A stretch of DNA of 64,000 bases, taken from the NCBI GenBank assembly GCA_018985235.1, contig JADGIG010000006.1:1-64000 (forward strand), read 5' to 3'. This DNA is from Sanchytrium tribonematis (taxonomy: Eukaryota). The position numbers and the translations under genes are program-made. This document shows, piece after piece, positions 1 to 10,117 of the stretch (positions within the stretch are counted from its first letter, which is position 1; every line of letters starts with the position of its first letter). The notes under the pieces are model-generated. The model searched no databases. It was not told where the DNA came from and saw only the letters and a program-made list of their open reading frames with translations.

Positions 1-1
1 T

Positions 2-178
2 GACCAGGAAGTTGTTGAAGAAACCAAAGAAGAAGCAAAGGGTGATGATTGGCAAAATGAAGGTCAAGGACAATGGTCCGCTGAACAACCACAAGATTGG
101 GCTGCTGAGCAACCACAAGACTGGGCCAATGAACAACCACAAGATTGGGCTGACCCTAATGCAGCACCTGCTTGGTAA
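2..178 (+). CDS. RPS0: C-terminal fragment of probable 40S ribosomal protein SA/uS2 (5' end outside window)
   Basis: Open frame DQEVVEETKEEAKGDDWQNEGQGQWSAEQPQDWAAEQPQDWANEQPQDWADPNAAPAW*. Acidic tail with repeated DW motifs resembles uS2 tails. Stop is fused to AATAAA. Confidence 0.6.
   Translation, partial: DQEVVEETKEEAKGDDWQNEGQGQWSAEQPQDWAAEQPQDWANEQPQDWADPNAAPAW
83..154 (+). repeat. 3 x 24-nt coding tandem repeat (EQPQDWAx)
   Basis: gaacaaccacaagattgggctgct / gagcaaccacaagactgggccaat / gaacaaccacaagattgggctgac. Confidence 0.9.
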
Positions 179-213
179 ATAAATTTGTTCCTGCACTCCT
201 TTAAACCACCATC

Positions 214-1098
214 ATGATTATCTGTAGTTGGAATGTTATGTCTCTCCGAAGTGCTTTGACAAAAAAGTTGGCAGATAAAATTATAGCTTTAAATGCGGAC
301 ATTGTATGTCTGCAAGAAACCAAAGTCAATGGCGACTATAATGATAACATCGCACCACTTTTATATCCTTTTCAATATTTTCATAATTGTAAAGCAAGAA
401 AAGGCTATTCTGGAACTTGTGTCTTGTCAAAAACGAAGCCTTTAGAGGTCATTAAGGGATTTGATGATTTTGATGAGGAGGGTCGCGTTATTACTCTGGA
501 ATATAAGGAATTTTTTCTTGTGGCTACTTATGTTCCAAATGCCGGAGCCAATTTAAAAAGATTAGCATGGAAACTGGAGTGGATGGATAAATTTTACAAT
601 CATTTAAAAATATTAAAGGAAAAGAAGCCGGTCATTTGGGCAGGTGATTTGAATGTATCGCATCAGCCAATAGACTTGGCAAATCCAAAAACAAACGAAA
701 AATCTGCGGGATTTAGTATGGAAGAAAGATCAAAATTTGGCGACCTACTTGGAATTCCACCTATTACACTTAAACGAAAAGCTAAAAGCGCTAAACCAAC
801 CAAAAAGAAGAAAGTGGATTCGGGTGAAATTGAAGCACCTGAAGAAATAAGTGAGGAAATTGAAAATCACGAACCCTTAAATATTGAATGGGTCGATGCA
901 TTTCGAAAGTTGTATCCAGATAAACAGGAATATAGTTATTTTGGCTTTCGGACTAAGGCCAAAGAAAGAAATGTTGGATGGCGACTAGACTACTTTGTAA
1001 TTTCTGAGCCTTTTATGAATCGTGTTGAAAATGTTGAGATCAGAAATGACTATTATGGTCTTAGTGATCACTCCCCACTTCTTTTAACCTTAAAATAA
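214..1098 (+). CDS. AP endonuclease, exonuclease III/APE1 family
   Basis: SWNV, CLQETK, GYSG, YVPN, GDLN, GWRLDY and SDH motifs; basic NLS-like insertion KRKAKSAKPTKKKK. Confidence 0.95.
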   Translation: MIICSWNVMSLRSALTKKLADKIIALNADIVCLQETKVNGDYNDNIAPLLYPFQYFHNCKARKGYSGTCVLSKTKPLEVIKGFDDFDEEGRVITLEYKEFFLVATYVPNAGANLKRLAWKLEWMDKFYNHLKILKEKKPVIWAGDLNVSHQPIDLANPKTNEKSAGFSMEERSKFGDLLGIPPITLKRKAKSAKPTKKKKVDSGEIEAPEEISEEIENHEPLNIEWVDAFRKLYPDKQEYSYFGFRTKAKERNVGWRLDYFVISEPFMNRVENVEIRNDYYGLSDHSPLLLTLK

Positions 1099-1169
1099 AT
1101 TTTGATAATTTTATCTGCGTTTTCATAGACACATTTATTTTTTTTGAAACACGGATCACTTTTTAAAAA

Positions 1170-2355
1170 ATGTCAAGTGAAATTTCGGATAAGATTAACA
1201 GTGCCAAGAAGGAAGCTGAAGTACTTAAAGAAAAAATCAAACAAAAGAAAGATTCACTAGCAGATACCACACGTATGTTTTCAAGTCTTTGAAATGTAAT
1301 TTGATCTTGTTTACCAAGATCTGAATTTACGCGTTTTACGCTCAATATACATTTCCTCGGCTAATTATTTACTTATTTAGGACAGAGTACTAACGTAGTT
1401 CGAGCAGTTGCAGCTGAGCTTGAAACCCTTCCTAGAATTAGCATGAAAGTTAGAAGAACTCTCAAGGGACACTTAGCTAAAATTTACGCCATGCATTGGG
1501 CATCCGATAAAAGACATCTGGTGAGTGCCTCTCAGGATGGAAAACTTATCGTCTGGGATGCATATACAAGCAACAAAGTGCATGCAATTCCACTTCGAAG
1601 TAGTTGGGTTATGACCTGTGCATATGCTCCATCTGGTAACTTTGTTGCCTGTGGAGGTTTAGATAATATCTGTAGCATTTATAATTTGAAATCGAAAGAA
1701 GGCACTGTCAAAGTATCAAGAGAATTGAGTGCACATACAGGTTACCTTTCCTGTTGTCGATTTTTAAGTGACCGACAAATTTTGACCAGTTCTGGAGATA
1801 TGTCATGTATGTTGTGGGATATTGATGCGGGTCAGAAGGTCACAGAATTTACAGATCATTCTGGGGATGTTATGTCTTTAAGTTTGTCGAATAATAACAA
1901 TGTATTTGTATCTGGTGCCTGTGATGCTACTGCAAAAGTGTGGGACATTAGAGCGGCAAAATGTGTTCAAACTTTTACAGGGCATGAATCAGATATTAAT
2001 GCCGTCAACTTTTTCCCAAATGGTGACGCCTTTGGAACTGGTAGCTTTTTTTCATGTAGGAAGTGATGACGCTAGTTGCCGTCTATTTGATTTGCGAGCA
2101 GATCGAGAATTAAATCAGTATACACATGATAACATCTTATGCGGAATTACATCTGTAGGGTTTTCTGCTTCTGGCAGATTATTATTTGCAGGTTACGATG
2201 ACTTTAATTGCAATGTTTGGGACACGCTTAAAGGCGAACGGGTAGGTGTGTTGGCTGCGCATGACAATCGTGTATCCTGCTTGGGTGTATCTAGTGATGG
2301 TTTGGCTCTTTGTACTGGAAGTTGGGATTCGTTGCTAAAGGTTTGGGCAAACTAG
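1170..2355 (+). CDS. Heterotrimeric G-protein beta subunit; exons 1170-1272, 1399-2040, 2060-2355
   Basis: Spliced product MSSEISDKI...DSLADTTLRAVAAEL...[16 protein letters not shown]...[15 protein letters not shown]...[12 protein letters not shown] is a complete G-beta. Confidence 0.97.
1273..1398 (+). other. 126-nt spliceosomal intron (GTATGT...TACTAACGTAG)
   Basis: Canonical donor, TACTAAC at 1388-1394; removal joins the coiled-coil N-terminus in frame to the WD40 repeats. Confidence 0.9.
2041..2059 (+). other. 19-nt intron gtagctttttttcatgtag
   Basis: Removal restores conserved [14 protein letters not shown] of G-beta. Confidence 0.95.
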
Positions 2356-2449
2356 CAAATAAATTTATGAATCGCAGCTCAAATTCGCATATACTTCAAT
2401 GGTGTATAATAATGCTTCTGGGCCACACTAAACATATAATTTTTCAAAC

Positions 2450-3137
2450 ATGTCTCGAGAATGGTCTCCATATCAAATGAACGGCGGAAATTGTCTTGCA
2501 ATAGCTGGTAAGGACTTTGCTTTAATATGTGCAGACACAAGACAGTCTGTAGGTTTCAATATTTTAAGCCGAGATGAAAAAAAATTGCACAAATTGACTT
2601 CTAAAACAATTGTAGGATGTACCGGAATGCAAGCTGATTCCATTCAACTAACCAGAAATTTAAAACTTCAACTTGAATTATATCAAAGAGATCATAATAA
2701 GGAATGTGAGCCAAAAGGTATCGCACAGTTATTAGCAATTATGTTATACCAAAAAAGATTTTTTCCATATTATGTGTGGAATATAGTAGCTGGTGTTGAC
2801 AAGATTGGTGGAGCTGTTTTCTCATATGATCCAGTTGGCAACTTTGAACGAGTTAGATATGTTGCTAGTGGTAGCGCACAAACATTACTTCAACCTTTTT
2901 TGGATCAACAAATCGGACATAAACACAAATTAGAACCACACCCTGAGGGCAAAATTGTTGACCCGCCATTTGTGTCTAAGGAAACCGCCATTAATGTTGC
3001 CAAGGACGCATTTATCGCTGCAACTGAAAGAGATATTGAAACTGGTGATGGGTATTAATAATTTATTTAGACTGCAGATTCTGATTGTAACAAATGAAGG
3101 TATCGAAGAACTTCATTACGAACTCAAGAAAGATTAA
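2450..3137 (+). CDS. PRE7: 20S proteasome beta-6 subunit (PSMB1-type); exons 2450-3051, 3071-3137
   Basis: WSPYQMNGG start, RFFPYY, FSYDPVG, ERDIETGDGLQI, C-terminal LKKD. Confidence 0.93.
3052..3070 (+). other. 19-nt intron gtattaataatttatttag
   Basis: Removal restores ETGDG|LQILIVT. Confidence 0.95.
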
Positions 3138-3374
3138 TAAAAAATTCTTTACTTTTGGTCTATAAATATCACTCCAATAAGACTATCCTTGAAATAATAG
3201 CCATCCATACTCACCTACACTGATCGCGTCATTGTGTACCAACCCAAACTGGCAAATTGCAAAATTTGAAACATTCGGATGTGACGTTGGCGAAATCAAA
3301 CCAATCAACCTTGAAACGGCAAGTCATGATTACTCCATCCTATAGATAAAACTGAGAACGACCCATCATTTATA

Positions 3375-4034
3375 ATGTATTACTATTATTATCAACCGAC
3401 GCCTAGTCCCTACCTCCCGCCTTCAACGCCGACTGCGAGTCCTACAATTACATTTAGAGATAGTAATTCTTATTATCAATATGAGCAACCTTTTGTGCCT
3501 GAATACCCGCCATCGCCAGAGCAAGCTTTTCCGCCATCACCAAATTACGTCCCACCATCGCCAGCTATTCCGCCTTCCCCAAATGATTCAAATGGATACT
3601 ACCAAGACGTAAACCCCGCCAAGCTTTTTGAGGATCTGAGTGGCTACGTGAAACATGTTGATACTGAAAAAGGTGTAATATATCAATGTACATATCCGCA
3701 GTGTGAGAAGACATTCACACGGACTTATTCCCTGAAAGCTCATCTACGAACACACTCAACAGTCAGACCATATAAATGTTCAGTCTGTCAAAGATCATTT
3801 TTGCGAAAACATGATTGCCTTAGACATATCCGCATACATACCAAAGAAAGACCATACCAATGTGCTTGCAGCAAAAGCTTTGCAAGGCAAGATGCTCTTA
3901 AACGACATTTACAGATGGAGGAGAAATGTAGAGATGTCATGGAGCAATACAAAGGACAGAGAAAACGAATTCAGCAACTTTCTTCGCCTTATTTGATGTT
4001 TAATGAAGAAGTTGTGCCATATCAAGAAGAATAA
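3375..4034 (+). CDS. C2H2 zinc-finger transcription factor (three fingers, Pro-rich N-terminus; Crz1-like finger region)
   Basis: CTYPQCEKTF..HLRTH, RPYKCSVC..HIRIH, RPYQCACSKSFARQDALKRH. Confidence 0.9.
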   Translation: MYYYYYQPTPSPYLPPSTPTASPTITFRDSNSYYQYEQPFVPEYPPSPEQAFPPSPNYVPPSPAIPPSPNDSNGYYQDVNPAKLFEDLSGYVKHVDTEKGVIYQCTYPQCEKTFTRTYSLKAHLRTHSTVRPYKCSVCQRSFLRKHDCLRHIRIHTKERPYQCACSKSFARQDALKRHLQMEEKCRDVMEQYKGQRKRIQQLSSPYLMFNEEVVPYQEE

Positions 4035-4137
4035 ATATATGTGTATAGAAGCAATTTTGTTTGTATAATAATATTAAGATTTAAATCAAGTGAAACTTTG
4101 AATTTTTAAATGTTTTTAAAAGGTCAGTTCTAGCCAC

Positions 4138-5290
4138 ATGAATATTTTATACGCACTATTTGGGATACCTCTTTTAATAGAGATATCTCTGGTAGCGTTA
4201 TTTTTCTCTGCTCGTGGGAATTTCGAGATTATGTCACGTTCGATTATTCTAACAGTATTTGGTGGAATTTTCCTGATTCTGTCCCAAATTTCACTTATGT
4301 TGAATTTTTTTGACATCCCATTTTCCAAGTATCCAGCATTATCGTTTTCTATTTGTTTTTCAATCGGATCGACTCTAATTTATTGGAGAAATTTAAGGCT
4401 TAAGATAATTGAGTTCAAATTAGACCCATTATTTTTCCAACCTACTGTTAACAAGATTGAACACACTGGCCTATTTTTCTCTTTAATCTGGAAGCGATTA
4501 TTAGCTTTTTTCATGCTACAAAGTGTTTGGATTCTTGAGATATACCTTTTGGATTATCCTTTTGTATACCAGGGCGCTCAGCTTCTCATATTTGGTTTTA
4601 TGAATATTATTGTGCTGTATCATGTCAGAGTTTCCAAATCAAAAGACAAGATTAAAATTAGGCAAGAATTGTTGGAATTTTTTATTTTTTGTATGTTTAC
4701 TGGAATCTTTGCAACCATCGATGGTGCTTTTATGTTGTCGACTGAACGCAGACTATACAATAGCAGCATTTGGTTTGTGATATTTGTTTTCCCAGTGATA
4801 ATTGGCATTTTGACTCTTAATTCCATTTTTGCTGCTTATCAACATGTTAAATTGGAAAAGTCAATCAAAAACAATTTTGACTGCTTTGCATATGTAATGA
4901 CAAATGAAATACTATATATTGTATTATTCACTAATGTAGATGTTCAAGGAAAGAGTCGCATCGGACCTTTCAGAAGAAAATATCCTATTTTATGAAGCAT
5001 TTCAATCGTGCAGAATTAAATGTGATATGAATCAACTCATAAGTATTTTCGAAATGTTCATTGAAAGAGAAGCCCCATATGAGCTCAATATTAATGAAAG
5101 TATGAGAGAAGATTGTAGAATGAGACTCCAGAAATTAAAGAACGAAAACAAAGTAGATTATCGTATATTTGAAGAAATTGCGATGGAAGTAGAAATACTT
5201 TTGTATCAAAACTCTTTTCCTAGATTTGTAGATACCTGCCGATCATCTGAATTTACATTAAACGGCAGTAGAAAATCATTAAGTAAATAA
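4138..5290 (+). CDS. Multi-pass (about 7TM) membrane protein fused to a C-terminal RGS domain; exons 4138-4920, 4940-5290
   Basis: Hydrophobic helices, then LSEENILFYE, IFEMFI..APYELNI and NSFPRF RGS motifs after splicing. Confidence 0.85.
4921..4939 (+). other. 19-nt intron gtattattcactaatgtag
   Basis: Phase-0 removal fuses the TM region to the RGS domain in frame. Confidence 0.92.
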
Positions 5291-5327
5291 AATCAAACTA
5301 AGAAATTCCTCCAGGTTTTAAAATTTT

Positions 5328-6570
5328 ATGGCAAAGCGAATGAAAACGGAAAATAGCCACAAAGAACAATTCGCTTCTATTTATTCCATTACTGAAAATC
5401 CGGAAATTTTACAGACTTCAAACATTTTAATTATTGGCGCAGGTGGACTAGGATCTGAAATATTAAAAAATTTATGCTTTATGGGATTTGAACACATACA
5501 TATTATTGACATGGATACCATAGAATTATCAAATTTAAATAGACAGCTCCTTTTTTGCGAAAATGATATTGGTGCTTTTAAAGCACAAACTGCTGCGAAT
5601 AAAATGATGGAGTGGCAGCCAAATTGTAAAATAACAGCACACAATTGCAAAATAGAAGAAAAGGATCAACTTTTTTATACAAATTTTAATATTATCATCA
5701 GTGGTTTGGATTCCATTAGTGCCAGGCGATGGATGAATGAAGTTATAATGCAGATTTATCAACAACATGATTTAGTCATTCCCTTTATAGACGGTGGGAC
5801 GGAAGGATTTAAAGGACATGTTAGAGTGATTTGTCCTGGACTGACTGGTTGTTTTGAATGTAACATTGATATGTTTCCACCTACAGTCTCTTACCCTGTT
5901 TGTACATTAGCAAATACACCGAGACTTCCCGAACATTGTGTTATGTATGCGCTTAAACATCAATGGATAGAATTAAGGCCAAATGAGACCTTTGACAGTG
6001 ATAACGCAGAGCACGTCGAATGGCTCACAGAAAAATCAAAATCTAGAGCTGAACTATTTGGAATTGAAGGTGTAGATTTGTTTTTTACCTTGGGTGTCGC
6101 CAAAAATATAATACCAGCGATAGCTTCAACAAATGCTATCATAAGTGCAGCTTGTGCCAATGAATGTTTAAAAATAATACTGGGAATGCAAAATGTCGAT
6201 AATTTTACAATGTATAATGGTGAGCAATCAATTTACACGCATACATTTCAAGTGGAAAAGAATGACGACTGTATTGTTTGTAGCATGTTAACGAGGCACT
6301 TTGTTATGTCTCCAGATAATACTTTACAAGATGTATTAGATAAATTAGAAGATTTGTATTTTATTTTTATTTAGAAGATTACAGGCTCCGTCGATTTCTT
6401 GTGAAGGAAACACTTTATATATGCAAGGTCATGCTACTTTGAGGAAAAAGTTGGCTCCAAATCTGTTAAAGAAAATAACTGATTTATCAGCTGAAACAGA
6501 AATTCGATTTACTATCACAGACAAGAGTCTTTCAAAGCCGTCTTTAAGAGTTATTGTATCGTTAGAATAA
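5328..6570 (+). CDS. UBA3: NEDD8-activating enzyme E1 catalytic subunit; exons 5328-6355, 6375-6570
   Basis: GAGGLG, DTIELSNLNRQ, DGGTEGFKGH, CTLANTPRLPEHC, KNIIPAIASTNA; second exon LRLQAPSIS..LYMQ..PNL resembles the E2-binding domain. Confidence 0.95.
6356..6374 (+). other. 19-nt intron gtattttatttttatttag
   Basis: Removal extends the ORF into the C-terminal domain, ending at 6570. Confidence 0.92.
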
Positions 6571-6572
6571 AT

Positions 6573-9500
6573 TTATTCGCTGTCATCGGTCATTTGGCTC
6601 AACATTCGATTGCTAAACTGAATAGTAAAATCATTTGGTGGAATTACAAAAATTGATTTTAAAATCTTAATTCTATTATGTGTATCGCGTAATTCATAGA
6701 TAATAATTCTTGTATCAAAAATTACAAATATGCAAATGAGGACATTTAAAAACAAAACAACTGCTGCGCGAGTATTTCGAAATTGATTTTCAGATTTGTA
6801 AGAATTTAGAATCAAGGACAAAAAGTTACTTTGTGCTAGTAAGTGTTCTTCCGATTCTGCCATTTCAAGCTGTATTTGAAGCATCAAATTTTGCCATGAA
6901 GGATCTTTAACTACCTTGAGGAAGCGAGCATTCATCATTACTAATCTATGGCCAAGGACTGGTGATCCACACACAGAAGAATCAATACAGCCATTTCCGT
7001 AATACTTTTTGGTGGTTGGTCGGTCCCAGAATTCAGTTGGACTTCCTGGCATCAGCTTACCATCATCTGTAGGAGATGTGGCCTTATTTACAAATTGGGC
7101 CACAGTATGGTGAATTTCAGCCAGTGTCCCTAGAGTTGATAAGGAAGTATTTCCAGGTCTCACCTTCAGCTCGTAAGAAGCAGCACTAACAGCTATGTCG
7201 TAGTAATTTCTAGCTTTGAGAAAAACCATAGAATCTATAAATTTTTCAAAAAAAATTGCAGAGTCTTCTTGAATATAAAATGCAACGCAACTACTAGAGA
7301 AATAGAGTGACAAATAAATGATAAACCTAAATTTTAATTTTGAGGCAAAACTGAATGCCTTGGATATATCGACCCTCTCTTTAAACTTTGCCATATTTTG
7401 CAATTCTGTTAGGTCAAGTTCAAATTTAGTGACGTTACTGGTGTACACAAATTCTAGACATTCCTTGGAAATATCTTTTTTTATCTTTCTGTAAAGATAA
7501 TAGCAAATTGGCATTCCGCCTATTAATATAAAAAAGAACAAACTTAAAGAAGTAATGTTCATCACGTTATAAACACCAAACTCATTCTCTTTTAAATTGC
7601 TCAAGACATTTAGGAAAAATGCATAAAAGTTGCTCTGGATATTGGCAAAATTTGAATCATCTGCTACATTGCTATTTCTTAAATATTGTGTGATTTGAAA
7701 TTGCAAGTTGAAGTTGGATTTTTCAAAAGTAATATTAGATGTAGTGTTTTGACTTACAAAGCTCACAATTTGATCAAAAGGATTTGGTTTCATTTGTTGA
7801 AAGTCAGTATTTGTGGCCATTTGGTCCCACAAAATGATAATGTTTGAGGAAATGTCTTCAATCAAATTGAAGAACTTTGTATCCTGAAATAGCGCCAACC
7901 CCTCTATTCCTGTAAAATATTTATCAGAGTTGATGCCATAATCTAGAACCTGGTCCATTAGAACGCGATAATAATCGATTTTCAAGGATGATTGAAAAAC
8001 TAAAATTGCAAAATACGCTGTAAAGACTCCAAGCAACAGGAGGGCCTGAGCACGTATAAATAGTCTTATGGTCTTATAGTATCTATCGATAACTGGTGGA
8101 AGGTTTGAGTGGGTCTCAAACAAACTGTTTTTTTGCTTTTCAATTATGCTTTCATTATTGTACACTGAACCGTCAGGCTGCAAAACCCCTGAAATATAGC
8201 CATGCAATTCTTCATTGTTGTCAAAAATTAAACAGCTTATTTTGTAAATTCTGAGAAGAAAAGGCGAGGTTGGGACTCGGCTTAATGCTTTTTTTAAATA
8301 ATACTTGGCAATGGTCCACTTTTTTTGAATCCGAGTAGTTAAAGAAAGTAGATTATCAACATTTAATTGGCTGCTTTGCAAAAATTCTGTAAAAGTTCGA
8401 CATGTCCAAATTAATTCAGAAAGTGTATCGATAAACATTTCTTTATCGTGAGTAAATGCTACTACGTCTACAACATTTTTTAATCCGTGGTAATTTTCCT
8501 TCGCTTTCTCAAAAATTCTCTTTTTATAGCAAGAATACAATATGTAATGAACATCTAATTGTTTTTCCATCAAAAATGTGTTATTGAGCAATTCCTCTCC
8601 AAAACTTTTTAAATGAGAATAGTGAATTAATTTTGGATAAATATCATTTCCACATTCTAAGAATAAAATGTATTGAGCTCTCAACCAACTGGATTGTCTA
8701 AACTTACGGATTCCCGACTCGTAGAGTTGCAAAACAAGAATTCTAGTTATATTTGCCATATTTTTCGTAAGCCTACTACCTAGTTCTGATTTGTAAAGCT
8801 CCCGTCTTTGCGCAGCAACACTGACACTTTCATCATCGTTATCATCATTGTTATTGTGATAAACGATATTAGAAACAAACATATTCAAATTTTTGGAAAT
8901 AGGTACATTACATAGATTTCTAGAAAGAGCAACAATTTGCGCTGGATTCCAAAATGAGCTCATGATTTCTTCGAGGGAGTCTCTTATTAGTCTTCTACAC
9001 TTAATCGCATTTGGATTATCAATAAATTCTAGTGCGTGAATGTAAAGTATTGTTGGCAAACGTCGCCTCTCTTCAACCGCTTTAAATACCAGCATGCCAA
9101 TAAAAGAAAGAGGGAAAAACGATATTAAGGTAAGTACACTCCAGATATAGCTATCCAGTTTATATACACATGCCATAAGAGATCCAAAAGAGCAGCACAA
9201 TAAGCCAAATAACACTCCTGATCGAGTTCTGTTGCTATTGTAATTATAAAATGGTGGAATCAGCATACTGACTATATAAAGTGTACCCCAGCATATAATG
9301 AGTGACAAGACTCCGAAGATGGGAGAGCAATATGTGAATGAGATAGAAATGATTATTTTCACCACATTTTCTAATAGATCTTGCCTTTGACTATTTCTAC
9401 TTATATGACTTGATGGATTTTGCTCTGAAGAGAAAAGAAGAAAAGATCCTAAAAGCACAACCGTGCTGTAGATTACAAATAAAACAAGGCTGATAGTAGT

Positions 9501-9929
9501 CAATAAAATGCTACTTACATCTGATCCAAAAGTCATGTAATTCAACAACTGATCAATTGAAGGAAAGAACAAAAAAGTAGATAGTAGTCCATATTGGTAT
9601 CTCGTTGCTTCTAACAATTTTGATGCACTAACACTTCCTCTATTTTGAATTTGGTAGCATAATGTTGCAAAACTTGCTAGAAATAGCAGAACAAATACAA
9701 CAGCTATCACATAAAGATATGGGCTTGTAATATTTAGATTCATGTACATAAAAATTTCTTGCATTATAACATTCTGCCAAGGAATTGTGTTGTAAAAAAT
9801 ATATGACAAATTTTGTGCAATATCAGTGACATGGCCTAGAGCTGTTAATTTGTCGATAATCTCATTATCCTTCCCCAAGAGAAAAAATACTTCAAAAACT
9901 GTGGAGGAAATGAAATGCTTCAAAAACAT
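6573..9929 (-). CDS. Large polytopic membrane protein, resembling the TmcB/TmcC (tiny macrocyst) family
   Basis: N-terminal TM bundle; helical repeats LYESGIRKFRQSSWLRAQYILFL and YYLKKALSRVPTSPFLLRIY; further C-terminal TM segments. Family call is from remembered motifs. First ATG 9929 used. Confidence 0.55.
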   Translation of the reverse strand: MFLKHFISSTVFEVFFLLGKDNEIIDKLTALGHVTDIAQNLSYIFYNTIPWQNVIMQEIFMYMNLNITSPYLYVIAVVFVLLFLASFATLCYQIQNRGSVSASKLLEATRYQYGLLSTFLFFPSIDQLLNYMTFGSDVSSILLTTISLVLFVIYSTVVLLGSFLLFSSEQNPSSHISRNSQRQDLLENVVKIIISISFTYCSPIFGVLSLIICWGTLYIVSMLIPPFYNYNSNRTRSGVLFGLLCCSFGSLMACVYKLDSYIWSVLTLISFFPLSFIGMLVFKAVEERRRLPTILYIHALEFIDNPNAIKCRRLIRDSLEEIMSSFWNPAQIVALSRNLCNVPISKNLNMFVSNIVYHNNNDDNDDESVSVAAQRRELYKSELGSRLTKNMANITRILVLQLYESGIRKFRQSSWLRAQYILFLECGNDIYPKLIHYSHLKSFGEELLNNTFLMEKQLDVHYILYSCYKKRIFEKAKENYHGLKNVVDVVAFTHDKEMFIDTLSELIWTCRTFTEFLQSSQLNVDNLLSLTTRIQKKWTIAKYYLKKALSRVPTSPFLLRIYKISCLIFDNNEELHGYISGVLQPDGSVYNNESIIEKQKNSLFETHSNLPPVIDRYYKTIRLFIRAQALLLLGVFTAYFAILVFQSSLKIDYYRVLMDQVLDYGINSDKYFTGIEGLALFQDTKFFNLIEDISSNIIILWDQMATNTDFQQMKPNPFDQIVSFVSQNTTSNITFEKSNFNLQFQITQYLRNSNVADDSNFANIQSNFYAFFLNVLSNLKENEFGVYNVMNITSLSLFFFILIGGMPICYYLYRKIKKDISKECLEFVYTSNVTKFELDLTELQNMAKFKERVDISKAFSFASKLKFRFIIYLSLYFSSSCVAFYIQEDSAIFFEKFIDSMVFLKARNYYDIAVSAASYELKVRPGNTSLSTLGTLAEIHHTVAQFVNKATSPTDDGKLMPGSPTEFWDRPTTKKYYGNGCIDSSVCGSPVLGHRLVMMNARFLKVVKDPSWQNLMLQIQLEMAESEEHLLAQSNFLSLILNSYKSENQFRNTRAAVVLFLNVLICIFVIFDTRIIIYELRDTHNRIKILKSIFVIPPNDFTIQFSNRMLSQMTDDSE

Positions 9930-10117
9930 TAATGACCTTGAGAGTTTGATAGCGAAATTTGCATAAAATCGGGATGTAAAACCACGATGAGACGCATTTT
10001 GAGTCACCAGATAGACAATAACTTTTCAACAATCTTTTTACACAAATCATGAAAAGAAATTACCATCTTTTCTGAGATTTTGCCAATTTTCTTGAAACGA
10101 AGTTGAAAATTTTGAAA

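Noticed and set aside
1273..1398. TPP riboswitch in the long intron
   Set aside because: No CUGAGA or other TPP core motifs, and the host gene is unrelated to thiamine.
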